32,000 bases of DNA, taken from Polynucleobacter sp. MWH-Aus1W21 (GTDB lineage Bacteria > Pseudomonadota > Gammaproteobacteria > Burkholderiales > Burkholderiaceae). Both the position numbers and the translations under genes were made by a program. The notes under the pieces were generated by a model. It was not told where the DNA came from and searched no databases. It saw only the letters and a program-made list of their open reading frames with translations. Location: assembly GCF_018687275.1 (NCBI RefSeq), contig NZ_CP061287.1, positions 1,431,733 to 1,463,732 of the forward strand, read 5' to 3'. Position 1 is the stretch's first letter, and each line of letters opens with the position of its first letter. Below, one piece after another: positions 1-10,635 of the stretch.

Positions 1-520
1 TTGACCCAGTGGCAATGAGCTTTACGGTTTCAAGCTCTCGAGGGGAAAGACTCGCCAATAAAGATGAACTGGCTGGGCGCTCATCTGTCTTTTTATTCGT
101 CTTAAAGGCGCTCACGAGCTTGTGCGTCATCTCTTTACTAATGACAGACTCACCCGCAAAAGCCCTACGGATACCCAACAGTAGATCATCTTTTTCACTA
201 GTTTTGAGCAAATACCCCTGCGCTCCATTCTGCAGCGCCTGAATTAAATCCCCTTCATCCTCGCTAACAGTGAGCATCATCACTGTTGACTCAGGGGATG
301 CATGAAAAATGTCTGGCAAAGACTGAATACCACTTGCGCCTGGCAAATGGTTGTCTAACAAAATAACATCGGGCTTTAATGTTTTGCAAAGTCGAATAGC
401 CTCAATGGCGTCTCCGGCCTCTCCAATCACCTCAAAATCTTGCGCCTGCGAAAGCAGAGCAATTAAGCCGCGCCTAAATAAGGTATGGTCATCAACGACC
501 AGTATATGAATCTTTTCCAC
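1..520 (-). CDS. narL: NarL/FixJ-family response regulator (REC + LuxR-type HTH); the C-terminal end runs off the window
   Basis: Not in the ORF track (GTG start at 520-518, open to the window edge). My minus-strand translation reads VEKIHILVVDDHTLFRRGLIALLSQAQDFEVIG...DVILLDNHLPG... and, near the edge, LSPRELETVKLIATG (LuxR HTH). It lies 33 nt downstream of the sensor kinase stop. Confidence 0.85.
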   Translation of the reverse strand, partial: MEKIHILVVDDHTLFRRGLIALLSQAQDFEVIGEAGDAIEAIRLCKTLKPDVILLDNHLPGASGIQSLPDIFHASPESTVMMLTVSEDEGDLIQALQNGAQGYLLKTSEKDDLLLGIRRAFAGESVISKEMTHKLVSAFKTNKKTDERPASSSLLASLSPRELETVKLIATGS

Positions 521-553
521 GTTTATACCCTCACACCTTTCCACTTAGGCAAA

Positions 554-2404
554 TTATGCTGGCAATGTTAGCAGTACTTTAGCGCCAGCAGGAGTATTAG
601 CCTGAACCTGTAGATCAGCGCCAATCTTCATTGCTCGCTCTTTCATAATACTCATACCCACGTGCGTGCTATCAATCGATATTTCATCCGGGGAAAAGCC
701 AATGCCGTCATCTATGACTTGGAATATCCATTGTGGTGACTGGTTCACAACCACCTTCACATTTTTTGCCTTGGAATGCTTGCGGATATTTGATAAAGCT
801 TCTTGTATTACATGCATTACCTGTATTTGAACATCTGGCGCCAAAGGCAAGCCTTGCCCATGAATCTCTAATTCGCTATGAATGTCTGATTGATGCTCAA
901 ATTTTTGCAAAGTTGTTCGAATTGCAGTTTCAATATCCTCAGTATTTGTTCTTGTTCTAAAGTGCAACAACAACTCCCGAACATCGCTGTAACTTTCACG
1001 CAAACCTTCATCTAGCTCGCCAAGAATTTTCTTCGCTTTAGTGGTGGCCGGCTCAACCAATTCATCCTTTAGCATGCCCACTTGTAACTTCAGAAATGCT
1101 AACGATTGGGCAATCGAGTCATGTAACTCTCTTGCCAAAAGACTCCGTTCCTCAGATATTGCCGCTTCTTTTTCCATCGCTTTAATACGCACAGCCTCCA
1201 TAGCTCCTGCCAGATGGTGGGCAAGTGTTTCAAACAATGACTTTTGATCCTGATCCAAATCTGTTGGATCAGAATAAAAAATATCGATCTCACCTAGCAA
1301 ATCTTGCTGAAAGAGAATCGGAACAGTAATGAGCGTCTTATAGCCAGCTCGCACACAATGCCGCTCTGCTTCCGTTTTGGGATTAAATGTAACGACTTGA
1401 ACTTCACTAAGGCCTGTAGATTGGCCGCAATAGCAATCTCCTGAAACTACACACTGCTCTTCATGTGTAATTGTTTTTGGAAGATTTGCGCCAGATAGTA
1501 AAAAGTATCGGCGGTTCGCCTCATCAGTCCAGCGAATGGCAATAGCAGAAGCATTACTCAAGCTCATAATGCGCTCGGAAAATCCCTTGGCCAATTTTTC
1601 CAGGTTATCTTCGCGTGATACAAACGAACTTAGATCATATAAAGCTTGTAATCGATTTTGGCGTTCTTGCAAGTGCAAGGTCTTCTCCGCCACCTTAGCT
1701 TCAAGACCACCATACAAATCACTAATGGTGGAAGTCATTGAATTAAACCCAGTAGCCAAATCACCAAATTCATCCTGAGCATCAATCTTTACTCGGGTAT
1801 TGAGTTTGCCGGACTTAACACTCTCAAAACCTAAGCGTAACTTTTCCACGGGATCCAAAATAACCGAGTACCCCACATACATAATTAATAAAGTGGCAAT
1901 GAGTGAAGTTGCTAACATTGCAAACTGAAATAAATGCAACAGATTAGTCCAGTAATCTACTTCACCTTCGATTGAACCAACAAATCGATCAATACTGGAG
2001 ACAAAATTATCAACTTGTGCAATCGAAACACTATCAGATTTTTTACTCACTAAATCTGCTTTAATGGCGTTCCATTGACTAGAGATATTGGCAAAATAAA
2101 TTCGATTGACTTTATTCCAGGGTACAAAAAGCGGTCTTGATGGGTCGCCATATTTCAGGGCGATAATGCTATCGTCAAACTTATTAATCAATTTAGAGGC
2201 TGCCTCTTTATTGCCTTCGCTGACCAAAAGAGCCAATTGATATGTTTGCATACGCATACGGCCAGCCTCATTAATTGCCGCAGCGCCACCCTCTAGCTTC
2301 CAAGTTACCCATAAAGTAAAGCTGATCGATATCATGGCCAGCACCAACAGCGCAGCGCCAATGAACGTTAGCTTCTTTTTTAGGGTAAATTCTCTATTCA
2401 TCAT
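554..2404 (-). CDS. narX: NarX-like nitrate/nitrite sensor histidine kinase
   Basis: 616 aa. N-terminal TM helix, then a P-box-like AINEAGRMRMQTYQL (cf. NarX INxAGSLRMQSYRL). A second TM helix, HAMP (DEFGDLATGFNSM), a GAF-like middle region, the HisKA_3 H-box LARELHDSIAQSL, and HATPase motifs (DDGIGF, GMSIMKERA). Confidence 0.85.
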   Translation of the reverse strand: MMNREFTLKKKLTFIGAALLVLAMISISFTLWVTWKLEGGAAAINEAGRMRMQTYQLALLVSEGNKEAASKLINKFDDSIIALKYGDPSRPLFVPWNKVNRIYFANISSQWNAIKADLVSKKSDSVSIAQVDNFVSSIDRFVGSIEGEVDYWTNLLHLFQFAMLATSLIATLLIMYVGYSVILDPVEKLRLGFESVKSGKLNTRVKIDAQDEFGDLATGFNSMTSTISDLYGGLEAKVAEKTLHLQERQNRLQALYDLSSFVSREDNLEKLAKGFSERIMSLSNASAIAIRWTDEANRRYFLLSGANLPKTITHEEQCVVSGDCYCGQSTGLSEVQVVTFNPKTEAERHCVRAGYKTLITVPILFQQDLLGEIDIFYSDPTDLDQDQKSLFETLAHHLAGAMEAVRIKAMEKEAAISEERSLLARELHDSIAQSLAFLKLQVGMLKDELVEPATTKAKKILGELDEGLRESYSDVRELLLHFRTRTNTEDIETAIRTTLQKFEHQSDIHSELEIHGQGLPLAPDVQIQVMHVIQEALSNIRKHSKAKNVKVVVNQSPQWIFQVIDDGIGFSPDEISIDSTHVGMSIMKERAMKIGADLQVQANTPAGAKVLLTLPA

Positions 2405-2431
2405 TTAATAAAACTATACCTAAAAGCGATC

Positions 2432-3394
2432 ATGCAAAGAGACAAAGAACCTAATTGGCTTCACCGCCTCCACCCTGGACTATTTGGAATGTCCTTAGGG
2501 TTACTTAGTCTTTCATTTACCTGGAGCAAATACTCCCACGTCACCTCAATTTCAACCTTTTGGATTGAGCGCTTTTTCCTGGGTCTTGGCCTCTTTATTC
2601 TATGCTTTCTAGCAACCCTCTGGAGCATTAAGGCGGTTTTCTACCCAAAGGCAATTAAAGAAAAGTTTCTAAATCCCGTTTTAGGCCCCATGATGGCCTA
2701 CTTTCCAATCAGCACAATGCTTGCCATTGCTTTGCTCTTTCCTAGATTTCCAGAGTACGCAACATTTGCATACACCTTAACTGCGATTGCACTCATCATC
2801 CAAGTCACCATTGCCTGGCGCGTGGTTTACCTACTGTCCATGGGTAATATGCCTAGCGATCAAGTAACACCCGCACTCTATCTGCCGATTGTTCCAGGCG
2901 GCTTAGTTGGTGGCGCAGCATTAACTGCGATTGGATTACCTGGTTTTGGATATCTCGTTTGGGGTATGGGACTGGGGGGATGGGCGTTATTAGAAATGCG
3001 CATCTTGCATCGTTTATTTGCCGGTCCTTTGCCACCACAATACCGAGCAACGATAGGTATTGAAATGGGCCCTGCTGCAGTCAGTACTATTACCGCAGTA
3101 AGCATCTGGCCCAACATTCCTGTGGATGCTGTATTAGTTGGCCTTGGAATTGCCTCTGGGCCTATTTTCGCAGTGCTAACCAGATGGAGATCTTGGACAG
3201 CAGTTCCATTTTCATTTGGATTTTGGTCTTTCGCCTTCCCCGCAGCAGCAACAACTTCTTGCATCATTGAAGCCGTCATTCGTGGCGGATGGCCCAATGC
3301 TGCTGCAACAATCGCAATTACATTAACTACTGCCCTCGTCCTTTATTTACTGCTACGGACTTTTGTTCTATTGATTAAAAGACAGCTCTATTAG
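2432..3394 (+). CDS. TDT (TehA/Mae1/SLAC1-type) family anion/dicarboxylate transporter-like membrane protein
   Basis: 320 aa, about 10 predicted hydrophobic helices, sequence style typical of the TehA/C4-dicarboxylate transporter family. Divergent from narX with only a 27-bp spacer. Confidence 0.65.
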   Translation: MQRDKEPNWLHRLHPGLFGMSLGLLSLSFTWSKYSHVTSISTFWIERFFLGLGLFILCFLATLWSIKAVFYPKAIKEKFLNPVLGPMMAYFPISTMLAIALLFPRFPEYATFAYTLTAIALIIQVTIAWRVVYLLSMGNMPSDQVTPALYLPIVPGGLVGGAALTAIGLPGFGYLVWGMGLGGWALLEMRILHRLFAGPLPPQYRATIGIEMGPAAVSTITAVSIWPNIPVDAVLVGLGIASGPIFAVLTRWRSWTAVPFSFGFWSFAFPAAATTSCIIEAVIRGGWPNAAATIAITLTTALVLYLLLRTFVLLIKRQLY

Positions 3395-3400
3395 ATTTGT

Positions 3401-5818
3401 TCATCCGCATGAACCAACGTACCCGCAGCTAGTACAGTAATCGCAGCCATCTTTTTTGATCATGGCATGAGCTCCGCAGTCTGGGCACTTTTTACCAGCC
3501 ATAAGACTGCCTGCAGCACTTTTCTGTGAATCGATTTCACCAATTGCAAAATCTTCAGCCGACTTGAACTCAGCAATTCCCCTCTTTGCCAAAATATTTT
3601 CGATTGCAAAAGCAACAGCAGCCACTTCAGAGTCATGCCACATCGGCGCTAACGCACCATCTTGTTTTTTCTTAGTACCTAAGCGCACAGGCCCTCTATC
3701 CCAAGCTACTTTTTTCATATCGCTTAGCGCTCTTGCTAAAAAGCCCCCACGAGCCGCCAATGAAAGCATCCGCATACTAGAAGTAATCCACTGTTGCGAT
3801 TCACCACTTTGACCTACAGGCATAAAAAATTCAATGGCCCGCTCAACACTCGCCTTTTTGCCATCTACCAAACCTTCGACAGCTAAGAACGAAATCACAA
3901 GATAAAGCGTCTTTTTACCTTCTTGTGTCCAATAGGTAATTTTTTCAGCAACTGCTGGCAACTCCCCATCTGGGCGTCGATCGATTACTTTTCGAGATGG
4001 GTTGCTACGCAATTCATCCACATCCATGGCTGGCAAATCATTTTCTGTAGAAGATGGAGTCACCTGCAAAACAGAACCCAAAATATTATTGGGCCTATAG
4101 GTAGCCAATCCCTTTAGATGGGATTTCCAAGCAGTGATGTACAGATCTTTAAATTTTTCATAAGGATAATCTGCAGGGACATTCACTGTTTTGGAGATCG
4201 CAGTATCAACGTATGGCTGTACAGCTTCCATCATCAATACATGATCTTCTGCGGACATTTCCAACGCAGTAACAAAATACTCTGGAAGATTATTCACATC
4301 CCCACCTAAATCACGGTACACCCGCCAAGCATGGTCCTCTACCGCGTACTCTTTAGTAGTACCATCGGCCTCTCTCTTTTTGCGGGTATAGGTCCACGAA
4401 AACGGTGGCTCAATGCCATTGGATGCATTATCAGCAAATGCCAAGCTAACGGTTCCTGTGGGGGCTATAGAAAGCAAGTGGCTATTGCGAATTCCATGCT
4501 TTCGAATGTCCGCCTTTAAAACATCGCTCAAGCGACTCGCGAAATTTCCACCAGAGAGATATTGATCAATATCCAAAGCAGGAAATGAGCCCTTTTCCTT
4601 TGCTAATTCAACCGAAGCGCCATAAGCAATATCGCGAAGTTTCTCAGCAATTTCAGCTGCTTTAATACGTGCTGCTGCACTATTGTAGGAAAGCTTTAAC
4701 ATGATTAAAGCATCGCCAAGCCCAGTAAAACCAACACCAATACGCCTTTTTGCGCGAGCCTCTAAACCTTGCTCACCTAGCGGCCAATACGTAGCATCTA
4801 ACACGTTGTCCAACATGCGTACTTGTACTTTGACAACTTGAGCAAATCGCTCAAAGTCAAAATAAGGCTCGCCATCAAAACCAAAGGGATGGATAACAAA
4901 CTTTGGCAGAATGATCGGGCCGAGATCGCAGCAACCGTAAGGAGGTAATGGTTGCTCACCACAGGGGTTGGTAGCATCAATCCGTTCGCAATAGTACAAG
5001 TTGTTATCGCGATTAATATTGTCTAAAAATAGAATGCCAGGTTCCGCAAAGTCATAAGCAGATTGCATTACCGCATCCCAAATCTCTCTTGCTCTTACCT
5101 TTTTATATATCCAGAACCGATCTGTTCTTTGATATGCTCCCGCAGAGATTAGCGCCTCGCATGGTTTAGCTTTATGGCAAAGCTCAAGCTCGCCATCTGA
5201 GCCAACTAATTTCATAAACTCATCAGAAACTCCTACAGAGACATTAAAGTTATTCCAGCGTCCAGGCGTTCTCTTGGCGGTAATAAATTCCAGCACATCA
5301 GGATGATCTATACGCAAAACACCCATTTGCGCGCCTCTGCGTGCGCCAGCACTCTCTACGGTTGAGCAAGACTGATCAAATACGTTGATATAACTACATG
5401 GCCCAGAGGCGATCGAGGCCGTTCCCTTTACCTCAGCGCCTTTAGGACGAATTCTGGAAAAGTCATAGCCAACACCTCCGCCACGACGCATCGTTTCTGC
5501 AGCCTGCTTCAAAGCTTCATAAATGCCTGGGTACCCATCTTCATCGGAATCCTGAATGCAATCCCCAACCGGCTGCACAAAGCAATTAATCAAGGTTGCT
5601 TTAATGCCTGTCCCAGCCGAACTCATAATGCGTCCAGCCCCAATCGCGCCAGCATAAAAATTATCTAAAAATTGCTTTTCTACTGCATCTTGAATTTCGG
5701 GATCTTCAACTTCTGCCAGGCTTTTTGCGACTCTCTTAAAAATCGTATCTGCGTCAGTCTCTCCGCTTTTTAAATATTTTTCTGCTAATACATCAACGCT
5801 AATTGGCTGCATAACCAT
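3401..5818 (-). CDS. nrdJ: Adenosylcobalamin-dependent (class II) ribonucleotide reductase
   Basis: The ORF is open to 5836. I prefer the ATG at 5818 (GGAG 10 nt upstream). Typical class II RNR blocks are present ([22 protein letters not shown]), plus a C-terminal Cys-rich tail CPDCG...CDYCTSCG. It overlaps the upstream gene by 20 nt. Confidence 0.9.
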   Translation of the reverse strand: MVMQPISVDVLAEKYLKSGETDADTIFKRVAKSLAEVEDPEIQDAVEKQFLDNFYAGAIGAGRIMSSAGTGIKATLINCFVQPVGDCIQDSDEDGYPGIYEALKQAAETMRRGGGVGYDFSRIRPKGAEVKGTASIASGPCSYINVFDQSCSTVESAGARRGAQMGVLRIDHPDVLEFITAKRTPGRWNNFNVSVGVSDEFMKLVGSDGELELCHKAKPCEALISAGAYQRTDRFWIYKKVRAREIWDAVMQSAYDFAEPGILFLDNINRDNNLYYCERIDATNPCGEQPLPPYGCCDLGPIILPKFVIHPFGFDGEPYFDFERFAQVVKVQVRMLDNVLDATYWPLGEQGLEARAKRRIGVGFTGLGDALIMLKLSYNSAAARIKAAEIAEKLRDIAYGASVELAKEKGSFPALDIDQYLSGGNFASRLSDVLKADIRKHGIRNSHLLSIAPTGTVSLAFADNASNGIEPPFSWTYTRKKREADGTTKEYAVEDHAWRVYRDLGGDVNNLPEYFVTALEMSAEDHVLMMEAVQPYVDTAISKTVNVPADYPYEKFKDLYITAWKSHLKGLATYRPNNILGSVLQVTPSSTENDLPAMDVDELRSNPSRKVIDRRPDGELPAVAEKITYWTQEGKKTLYLVISFLAVEGLVDGKKASVERAIEFFMPVGQSGESQQWITSSMRMLSLAARGGFLARALSDMKKVAWDRGPVRLGTKKKQDGALAPMWHDSEVAAVAFAIENILAKRGIAEFKSAEDFAIGEIDSQKSAAGSLMAGKKCPDCGAHAMIKKDGCDYCTSCGYVGSCG

Positions 5819-7019
5819 ATTCGATTGGCTCCACATCAGATAAAAGTCTTGTAATTAAATCGATTACTGGGCGAATTTGAGTGCCAAATGGCAATGCACC
5901 TGCGCCTCTAAAAAAAAGTCCTTTTTGAACGCTGCCCACCAATGCGCTTCCAAGAACCTTGTCAATACAAAATTGACCCCACGAACTATTCCCATCCCTT
6001 AAACCACAGTCATGCAGGCAATCAAATACCATTGTGCAGCGCGGTTTTTTGCGGGCCGTTTCTTGGAGAACACTCTCTACTTTGAGATATTTGCCAAGCC
6101 ATGGAGTCTTCACTGCTCGGGCTGGTAGACCTGCGACACTGAGGAACTCTACGATGTCTTCTTTTTTCGCGTTAGCTAAGACATGCTTAAATGCATCGTC
6201 AGCGTCACCTTCAGTAGTAACGGCAAAGGCGGTACCCAACTGCACTGCTGATGCACCCAAAGCCTGTAGCCTCTTAATATCCTCAAGACTTGAAATACCG
6301 CCAGCAGCGATTAAAGGAATCTTTCCTGCTATTCCAGCTTCTTCAAAAAATTTGAGCACTTCTGGAATAACATTTTCAAAATCAAATTTAGTGTTATGAA
6401 TATCTGTAACGCTTGATGCTCCAACATGCCCGCCAGCTAAACGGGGATTTTCAATCACAATGGCATCTGGCAGGCGACCTTTTTTCATCCACTTCTTAAC
6501 TAATAATTGAACACCTCTAGCCTCAGAAAGAATGGGGATTAAAAGGGCATCTGGATAATCTGCTGCCAAATCCGGCAAATCCAGCGGCAATCCAGCACCT
6601 ACAACAATGATGTCAGCGCCGTTTTCTAAAGAACACCTTACATATTGAGCATATTCGTTGACGGCTTTCATCACATTCACAGCGATAAGACCAAACCCGC
6701 CAGCATCTTTCTTGGCCTGAAGAATCTCACGCCTCAAAGCCTCTATATTTGCCGCATTGATTGCCTCTCGACTTTCAGAACACGGCTTGAGATGCTGGGT
6801 TTGCTCCATTAAATCAGGATGTAGACGCCTCAAATCAATCGACGAAATCGTTCCTACACCACCGGCTTTCGCCACAGCACCAGCTAAACGATGAGCCGAT
6901 ACTCCAACGCCCATACCACCTTGCACTATAGGCAATATGTTTTTCCCTTTTATCACCAAGGGAGACACGCCACTCTTAGAAAGCAACTCCATAACGTCAG
7001 TCGGAATTAATGTTGTCAT
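5799..7019 (-). CDS. Nitronate monooxygenase (NMO/2-nitropropane dioxygenase) family flavoprotein
   Basis: 406 aa. Has [12 protein letters not shown] and a TIM-barrel NMO-like pattern (IAAGGI..., [11 protein letters not shown]). Confidence 0.8.
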   Translation of the reverse strand: MTTLIPTDVMELLSKSGVSPLVIKGKNILPIVQGGMGVGVSAHRLAGAVAKAGGVGTISSIDLRRLHPDLMEQTQHLKPCSESREAINAANIEALRREILQAKKDAGGFGLIAVNVMKAVNEYAQYVRCSLENGADIIVVGAGLPLDLPDLAADYPDALLIPILSEARGVQLLVKKWMKKGRLPDAIVIENPRLAGGHVGASSVTDIHNTKFDFENVIPEVLKFFEEAGIAGKIPLIAAGGISSLEDIKRLQALGASAVQLGTAFAVTTEGDADDAFKHVLANAKKEDIVEFLSVAGLPARAVKTPWLGKYLKVESVLQETARKKPRCTMVFDCLHDCGLRDGNSSWGQFCIDKVLGSALVGSVQKGLFFRGAGALPFGTQIRPVIDLITRLLSDVEPIEYGYAAN

Positions 7020-7050
7020 TGAATTACCTAAGTAGTGTTGTGGCTATTGC

Positions 7051-8205
7051 TTAGCCAGGCTGCCCATCTAATCGAGGTTTTGTTAACCAAGGAAAATATT
7101 TAAACAAATACAAAATAAATGCTGTACACCAGCAAATTCCAGCCCAGCCAAGAGCGGAGTGAAACCATGTTCCACTGAAGGCATGAGCCAACATCCAAAA
7201 TATTGCTGTAGCTTGTACCAATGTATAAGCAAGCGTTTCGATTACACCTGCAATTAATGGGCGGCCGGTATGCCCCATTGCAGTGCGCGTAATCATTCCA
7301 ATGATGAGCCCTGCGGTTGCGCCAATCCCAAATGCATGCACTGGTATGTAAATCGTCACAAAACCTAATGCAGAGAGCCCCAAGAGAATAAAGCCAAGTG
7401 GAATCCATAAATATGCAGCATGCAAAACCAATACGATTGGTTTAGAAACTGTTGCAAGAGGATTCCAACCCCACAACATCTTTAATTGAATCAGACCGGT
7501 AAATAGACAAACTATCGCAGTCAAATAACTTGCTGGAAAAAAAATCCACAGCAAGAAAGATGCGCCACAACAAGCAAGTACTAAGGTCGCTAAGTTTTTA
7601 TTACGAATTTGCTTTATCCCAAAAAATGCGTTAGCCGTAAAACTTGGTATAACTCTGCCCCCAATCATGATCTCAATCATCACAATCAAAAACAAAGAAA
7701 TAATCAAGACTTTATTGGCGTCAATTTGAATTCGATTATTCGCCGAAAGATAGAACACAGCATTTAAAACACCCAATACACTCAAAATGAATGGGAGAAA
7801 TAAATTTCTATACATGCGCTGATGCAAAATCAACCTGCCAATAGCAATCGCAATTGCAGGTAAAAATAAAACATCTACAACTGCTAGGTAGGGACTCAAT
7901 AATGGCCCGACTCTTCCAGCAATCCAAAGCAAAACCAATAACATTAATGACTTGCCAGTTGGAGTATCCAAGCCCGTCCAAGCTCTCACTGCCGTAAGCG
8001 CAAAACCAGCTACAACCGTAGCAGCAAAACCAAAAATCATTTCATGAGCGTGCCACTGAATACCAGGTATTTCGCTATTACCCCTGAAGCTATAGCCACT
8101 TAATTCGCATAGCCACTCAACTACGGCAATCACAGACCAAAGCGCTGCCAGCAAATAGAATGGTCTAAACCCAAGAGCAAATAAAGGCATTGTCTTTTTG
8201 GACAT
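7051..8205 (-). CDS. nnrS: NnrS family haem/copper membrane protein (NO-response associated)
   Basis: 384 aa polytopic membrane protein. The N-terminus LFALGFRPFYLLAALW is typical of NnrS, and conserved His residues sit in the helices. Confidence 0.8.
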   Translation of the reverse strand: MSKKTMPLFALGFRPFYLLAALWSVIAVVEWLCELSGYSFRGNSEIPGIQWHAHEMIFGFAATVVAGFALTAVRAWTGLDTPTGKSLMLLVLLWIAGRVGPLLSPYLAVVDVLFLPAIAIAIGRLILHQRMYRNLFLPFILSVLGVLNAVFYLSANNRIQIDANKVLIISLFLIVMIEIMIGGRVIPSFTANAFFGIKQIRNKNLATLVLACCGASFLLWIFFPASYLTAIVCLFTGLIQLKMLWGWNPLATVSKPIVLVLHAAYLWIPLGFILLGLSALGFVTIYIPVHAFGIGATAGLIIGMITRTAMGHTGRPLIAGVIETLAYTLVQATAIFWMLAHAFSGTWFHSALGWAGICWCTAFILYLFKYFPWLTKPRLDGQPG

Positions 8206-8216
8206 ATCAATTAGTC

Positions 8217-8642
8217 TTAAGACTTCGCCTCTAACTCCGCAATGCGCTTCTTTAAAGCCCGATCATTTTGGAACCGCTCAGTATCATCTCTGACTACAGC
8301 GGCAATTCCAGTCACTTTCCCAGAGGCATCGGTCAACATGGCTACGGTAAAGGCAATAGACAAAGGCTTACCTTCTTTATGTAATGCGGGTACTGTCAAT
8401 AAAGTTGTGCCATAACGGGTGGTTCCTGTATCCATTGATTTTTTATAGCCATCCCAGTGTCGATCTCTAAAACGATCAGGCGTAATGATGTCCAGGCTTT
8501 TTCCTAAAGCTTCACTAGAGCTATATCCAAAAATGCGCTCTGCTGCAGCATTCCAAAAAACAATATCCCCTTTGGCATCGGAAATTACCACTCCATCGCC
8601 CATAACATTTGCTAGCTGTTCAAAATTCACCTGATTTGACAT
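8217..8642 (-). CDS. Stand-alone PAS-domain sensor protein
   Basis: 141 aa. PAS S-box pattern (GDGVVISDAKGDIVFWNAAAERIFGY...). It ends 11 nt before the nnrS start. Confidence 0.75.
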   Translation of the reverse strand: MSNQVNFEQLANVMGDGVVISDAKGDIVFWNAAAERIFGYSSSEALGKSLDIITPDRFRDRHWDGYKKSMDTGTTRYGTTLLTVPALHKEGKPLSIAFTVAMLTDASGKVTGIAAVVRDDTERFQNDRALKKRIAELEAKS

Positions 8643-8767
8643 ACAAACCTCTATCTAAAAATTACAAATTTGGAACATTTTCCTAATAATGGGTGGTGTT
8701 TGATATAGCCCGATAGAACTATGTAACAAAGTAAGGTTTCTGATAGATCATCAAAACACCCCTTCTT

Positions 8768-8781
8768 TTGCGATAGATCAA
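8768..8781. promoter_or_regulatory. Candidate FNR/CRP-family (Dnr/NnrR-like) box TTGCG-N4-ATCAA
   Basis: TTGCGATAGATCAA sits in the divergent intergenic region between the PAS-nnrS operon and the 8819 gene. One half-site is perfect and the other matches 3/5 against TTGAT-N4-ATCAA. Confidence 0.25.
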
Positions 8782-8818
8782 ATACCATTCCAGCTAATTG
8801 GAATTTAATAAACGCATC

Positions 8819-9010
8819 ATGCAAAAGAAGTTTCCAATCAATCCACCACACCCCGAACGTGTTTGCTGGGGATGCGAGAGATACTGCCCATCGAACTCCA
8901 TGGCTTGTGGAAATGGCTCAGATAGAGCCCAACATCCGTATGAATTATTTGGTGAAGGATGGGAAACGTGGGGCATGTATAATCGAGACTTACTAAAGAA
9001 CCCGCAATAG
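8819..9010 (+). CDS. Small Cys-rich protein (resembles the DUF3079 family, from memory)
   Basis: MQKKFPINPPHPERVCWGCERYCPSNSMACGNGSDRAQHP... I prefer the internal ATG at 8819 over the track start at 8798. Confidence 0.55.
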   Translation: MQKKFPINPPHPERVCWGCERYCPSNSMACGNGSDRAQHPYELFGEGWETWGMYNRDLLKNPQ

Positions 9011-9014
9011 CGCC

Positions 9015-9488
9015 ATGAATGACTTAACTATTGCAAGGTCAATACATATTCTTAGCGTAGTGATTTGGATGGGTGGCGTTACATTTGTGACGCTAGTGCT
9101 CATACCAACTCTGAGACGATCCTCGTTTCACGTTGATCAACTGGCTATTTTCAATGTCATTGAAAATCAATTTGCCAATATCGCCAGAGTAATGGTCTTG
9201 TTGGCGGGAATTAGTGGGTTCTATATGACCTATAGATTGAATGCTTGGAACCGCTTTACAGAAATTCAATATTTCTGGATGCATGCCATGGTTTTTGTTT
9301 GGACACTCTTCTTTCTTGCTCTTTTTATAGTTGAGCCATTTTTCTTAAAAGAGCATGGAAAGATGGTCAAGAATGGGCACAACATCACCAACCTACAAAA
9401 AACTCAAATTGTGCATGCAATTATTTTGCTATTAAGTTTAGTCACAATAATTGTCTCCGTTCTGGGTGCCCACGGATTTTTTTATTAA
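9015..9488 (+). CDS. Four-helix integral membrane protein of unknown function
   Basis: 157 aa with four hydrophobic segments. Its start is 4 nt after the upstream stop, suggesting translational coupling. Confidence 0.65.
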   Translation: MNDLTIARSIHILSVVIWMGGVTFVTLVLIPTLRRSSFHVDQLAIFNVIENQFANIARVMVLLAGISGFYMTYRLNAWNRFTEIQYFWMHAMVFVWTLFFLALFIVEPFFLKEHGKMVKNGHNITNLQKTQIVHAIILLLSLVTIIVSVLGAHGFFY

Positions 9489-9512
9489 AAAATACCCGCC
9501 ATATGGACGGGC
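9484..9512 (-). terminator. Weak intrinsic terminator downstream of the integrase gene
   Basis: The minus strand reads GCCCGTCCATATGGCGGG followed by TATTTTTT. The stem is imperfect. Confidence 0.35.
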
Positions 9513-9594
9513 ATGAACCATAACTAGTTATGGAGGAGACTTGTTAAATCCTACTCCTGATATTTAGATGAAACAAGCGTTACTTATGTAACGC

Positions 9595-10635
9595 TCAAAT
9601 AGCCACCCTTTTAATCACCTCTAGCTTTTGCTCCAGGGTATAACCAACCGTCCCGTAGTTATTAAACTCTGACCCCCCACTAGAGTGCCCTGTAATACTT
9701 TCAGCTAAACGGGTTGGAATATCGTTACAAGCTTTAAGCCGATCAATAAACGCATGTCTAAACATATGGCTACGAAAGCCTAGACCCCTAAGACTTTTAC
9801 CCATTGCAGCTGAGCATGAACCATTCCCGTTCTCTTTGGCGTAGTTTGGCGCGAGCCAAGCACTTCTCTTGCGTAGCGCCCTCTCGTATAACTGGGTAGC
9901 TGCTTCAAGAGATATGCCATATAAAGGTACCGCCCGAATACTCGATTTGGTCTTGCGATCCGATAGTCTATTTTGACGAATCCAAAGATGAGGAATGGGA
10001 TGATCCAAAATGCAATCCTCAAGCCTTGCAAAAACCAGTTCTGATAAACGCATACCCGTATTGAGCTGGATTAACCCTATCAAAGCATAGTTAGAGCGAT
10101 TCTCTAGCAATCTGGCTTTTACGCTCTCAATCAAAGTGGGTGTCACCACAGCCATGTGGCGCTTAGTCTCACCCTCCCCTTTAATGCGCAGACCCCTAAA
10201 AGGACTTAAGCGATCAATATCCAAAAATCGAAAGGCTAAATTGAGTATGGCATTGAGGCAATTATGGTGCTTGCGAACACTAGATGGGGTAAGACCTCTT
10301 TTGAGCTGATGATCCCGATAGGTAGTGATATGCCAGTGCTTTAGCTCATCTAGTGGCAAATCACCATACAGATCACAAAAGTAATTGAAATAACGGGTAG
10401 CGTCATCTCGAAAACGCTTACGGTGGGATGACTTACTTTCAGCCAGGTAAATCTCAAAGGCAGTACTGAAGGTGGGTCTTTTGCCATTTGGTAAGGCTGA
10501 AAAATGATTAGCCACCAATTTACCTAAAAACTCCTCATCAAACGGCACCCCATTGACATTGACCATTCTCTGAACAAATGGGTCCTGAGTTTGGGCTTCA
10601 AATTGCTCGTTACTACGCACTAATTCCAATGACAT
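9595..10635 (-). CDS. int: Tyrosine-type site-specific integrase
   Basis: 346 aa. Catalytic signature present: Arg in NTGMRLSEL, HxxR in HMFRHAF, and GHSS...YGTVGY (His/Tyr). Confidence 0.9.
   Translation of the reverse strand: MSLELVRSNEQFEAQTQDPFVQRMVNVNGVPFDEEFLGKLVANHFSALPNGKRPTFSTAFEIYLAESKSSHRKRFRDDATRYFNYFCDLYGDLPLDELKHWHITTYRDHQLKRGLTPSSVRKHHNCLNAILNLAFRFLDIDRLSPFRGLRIKGEGETKRHMAVVTPTLIESVKARLLENRSNYALIGLIQLNTGMRLSELVFARLEDCILDHPIPHLWIRQNRLSDRKTKSSIRAVPLYGISLEAATQLYERALRKRSAWLAPNYAKENGNGSCSAAMGKSLRGLGFRSHMFRHAFIDRLKACNDIPTRLAESITGHSSGGSEFNNYGTVGYTLEQKLEVIKRVAI

Noticed and set aside
9-242. 77-aa plus-strand ORF at the window start
   Set aside because: It lies antisense inside the much better supported narL-type response regulator reading frame.
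2878-3297. 139-aa minus-strand ORF inside the TDT transporter gene; similar antisense ORFs at 733-960, 1041-1293, 1536-1778, 3564-4519, 6034-6399, 7100-7408
   Set aside because: All are embedded antisense or out of frame in long genes with clear family signatures. They have no SD and low-complexity or odd composition.
5819-5836. Longer nrdJ start at 5836 (MWSQSN...)
   Set aside because: The ATG at 5818 has a GGAG at a suitable distance and shortens the overlap with the upstream gene. The choice remains uncertain.
8655-8685. Possible NsrR-type site in AAAAATTACAAATTTGGAACATTTT
   Set aside because: It matches the remembered NsrR consensus at only about half of the positions. This is an AT-rich region where such similarity is expected.
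8738-8752. Second FNR-like sequence CTGATAGATCATCAA
   Set aside because: The half-sites are separated by 5 nt rather than 4, so it does not fit TTGAT-N4-ATCAA.
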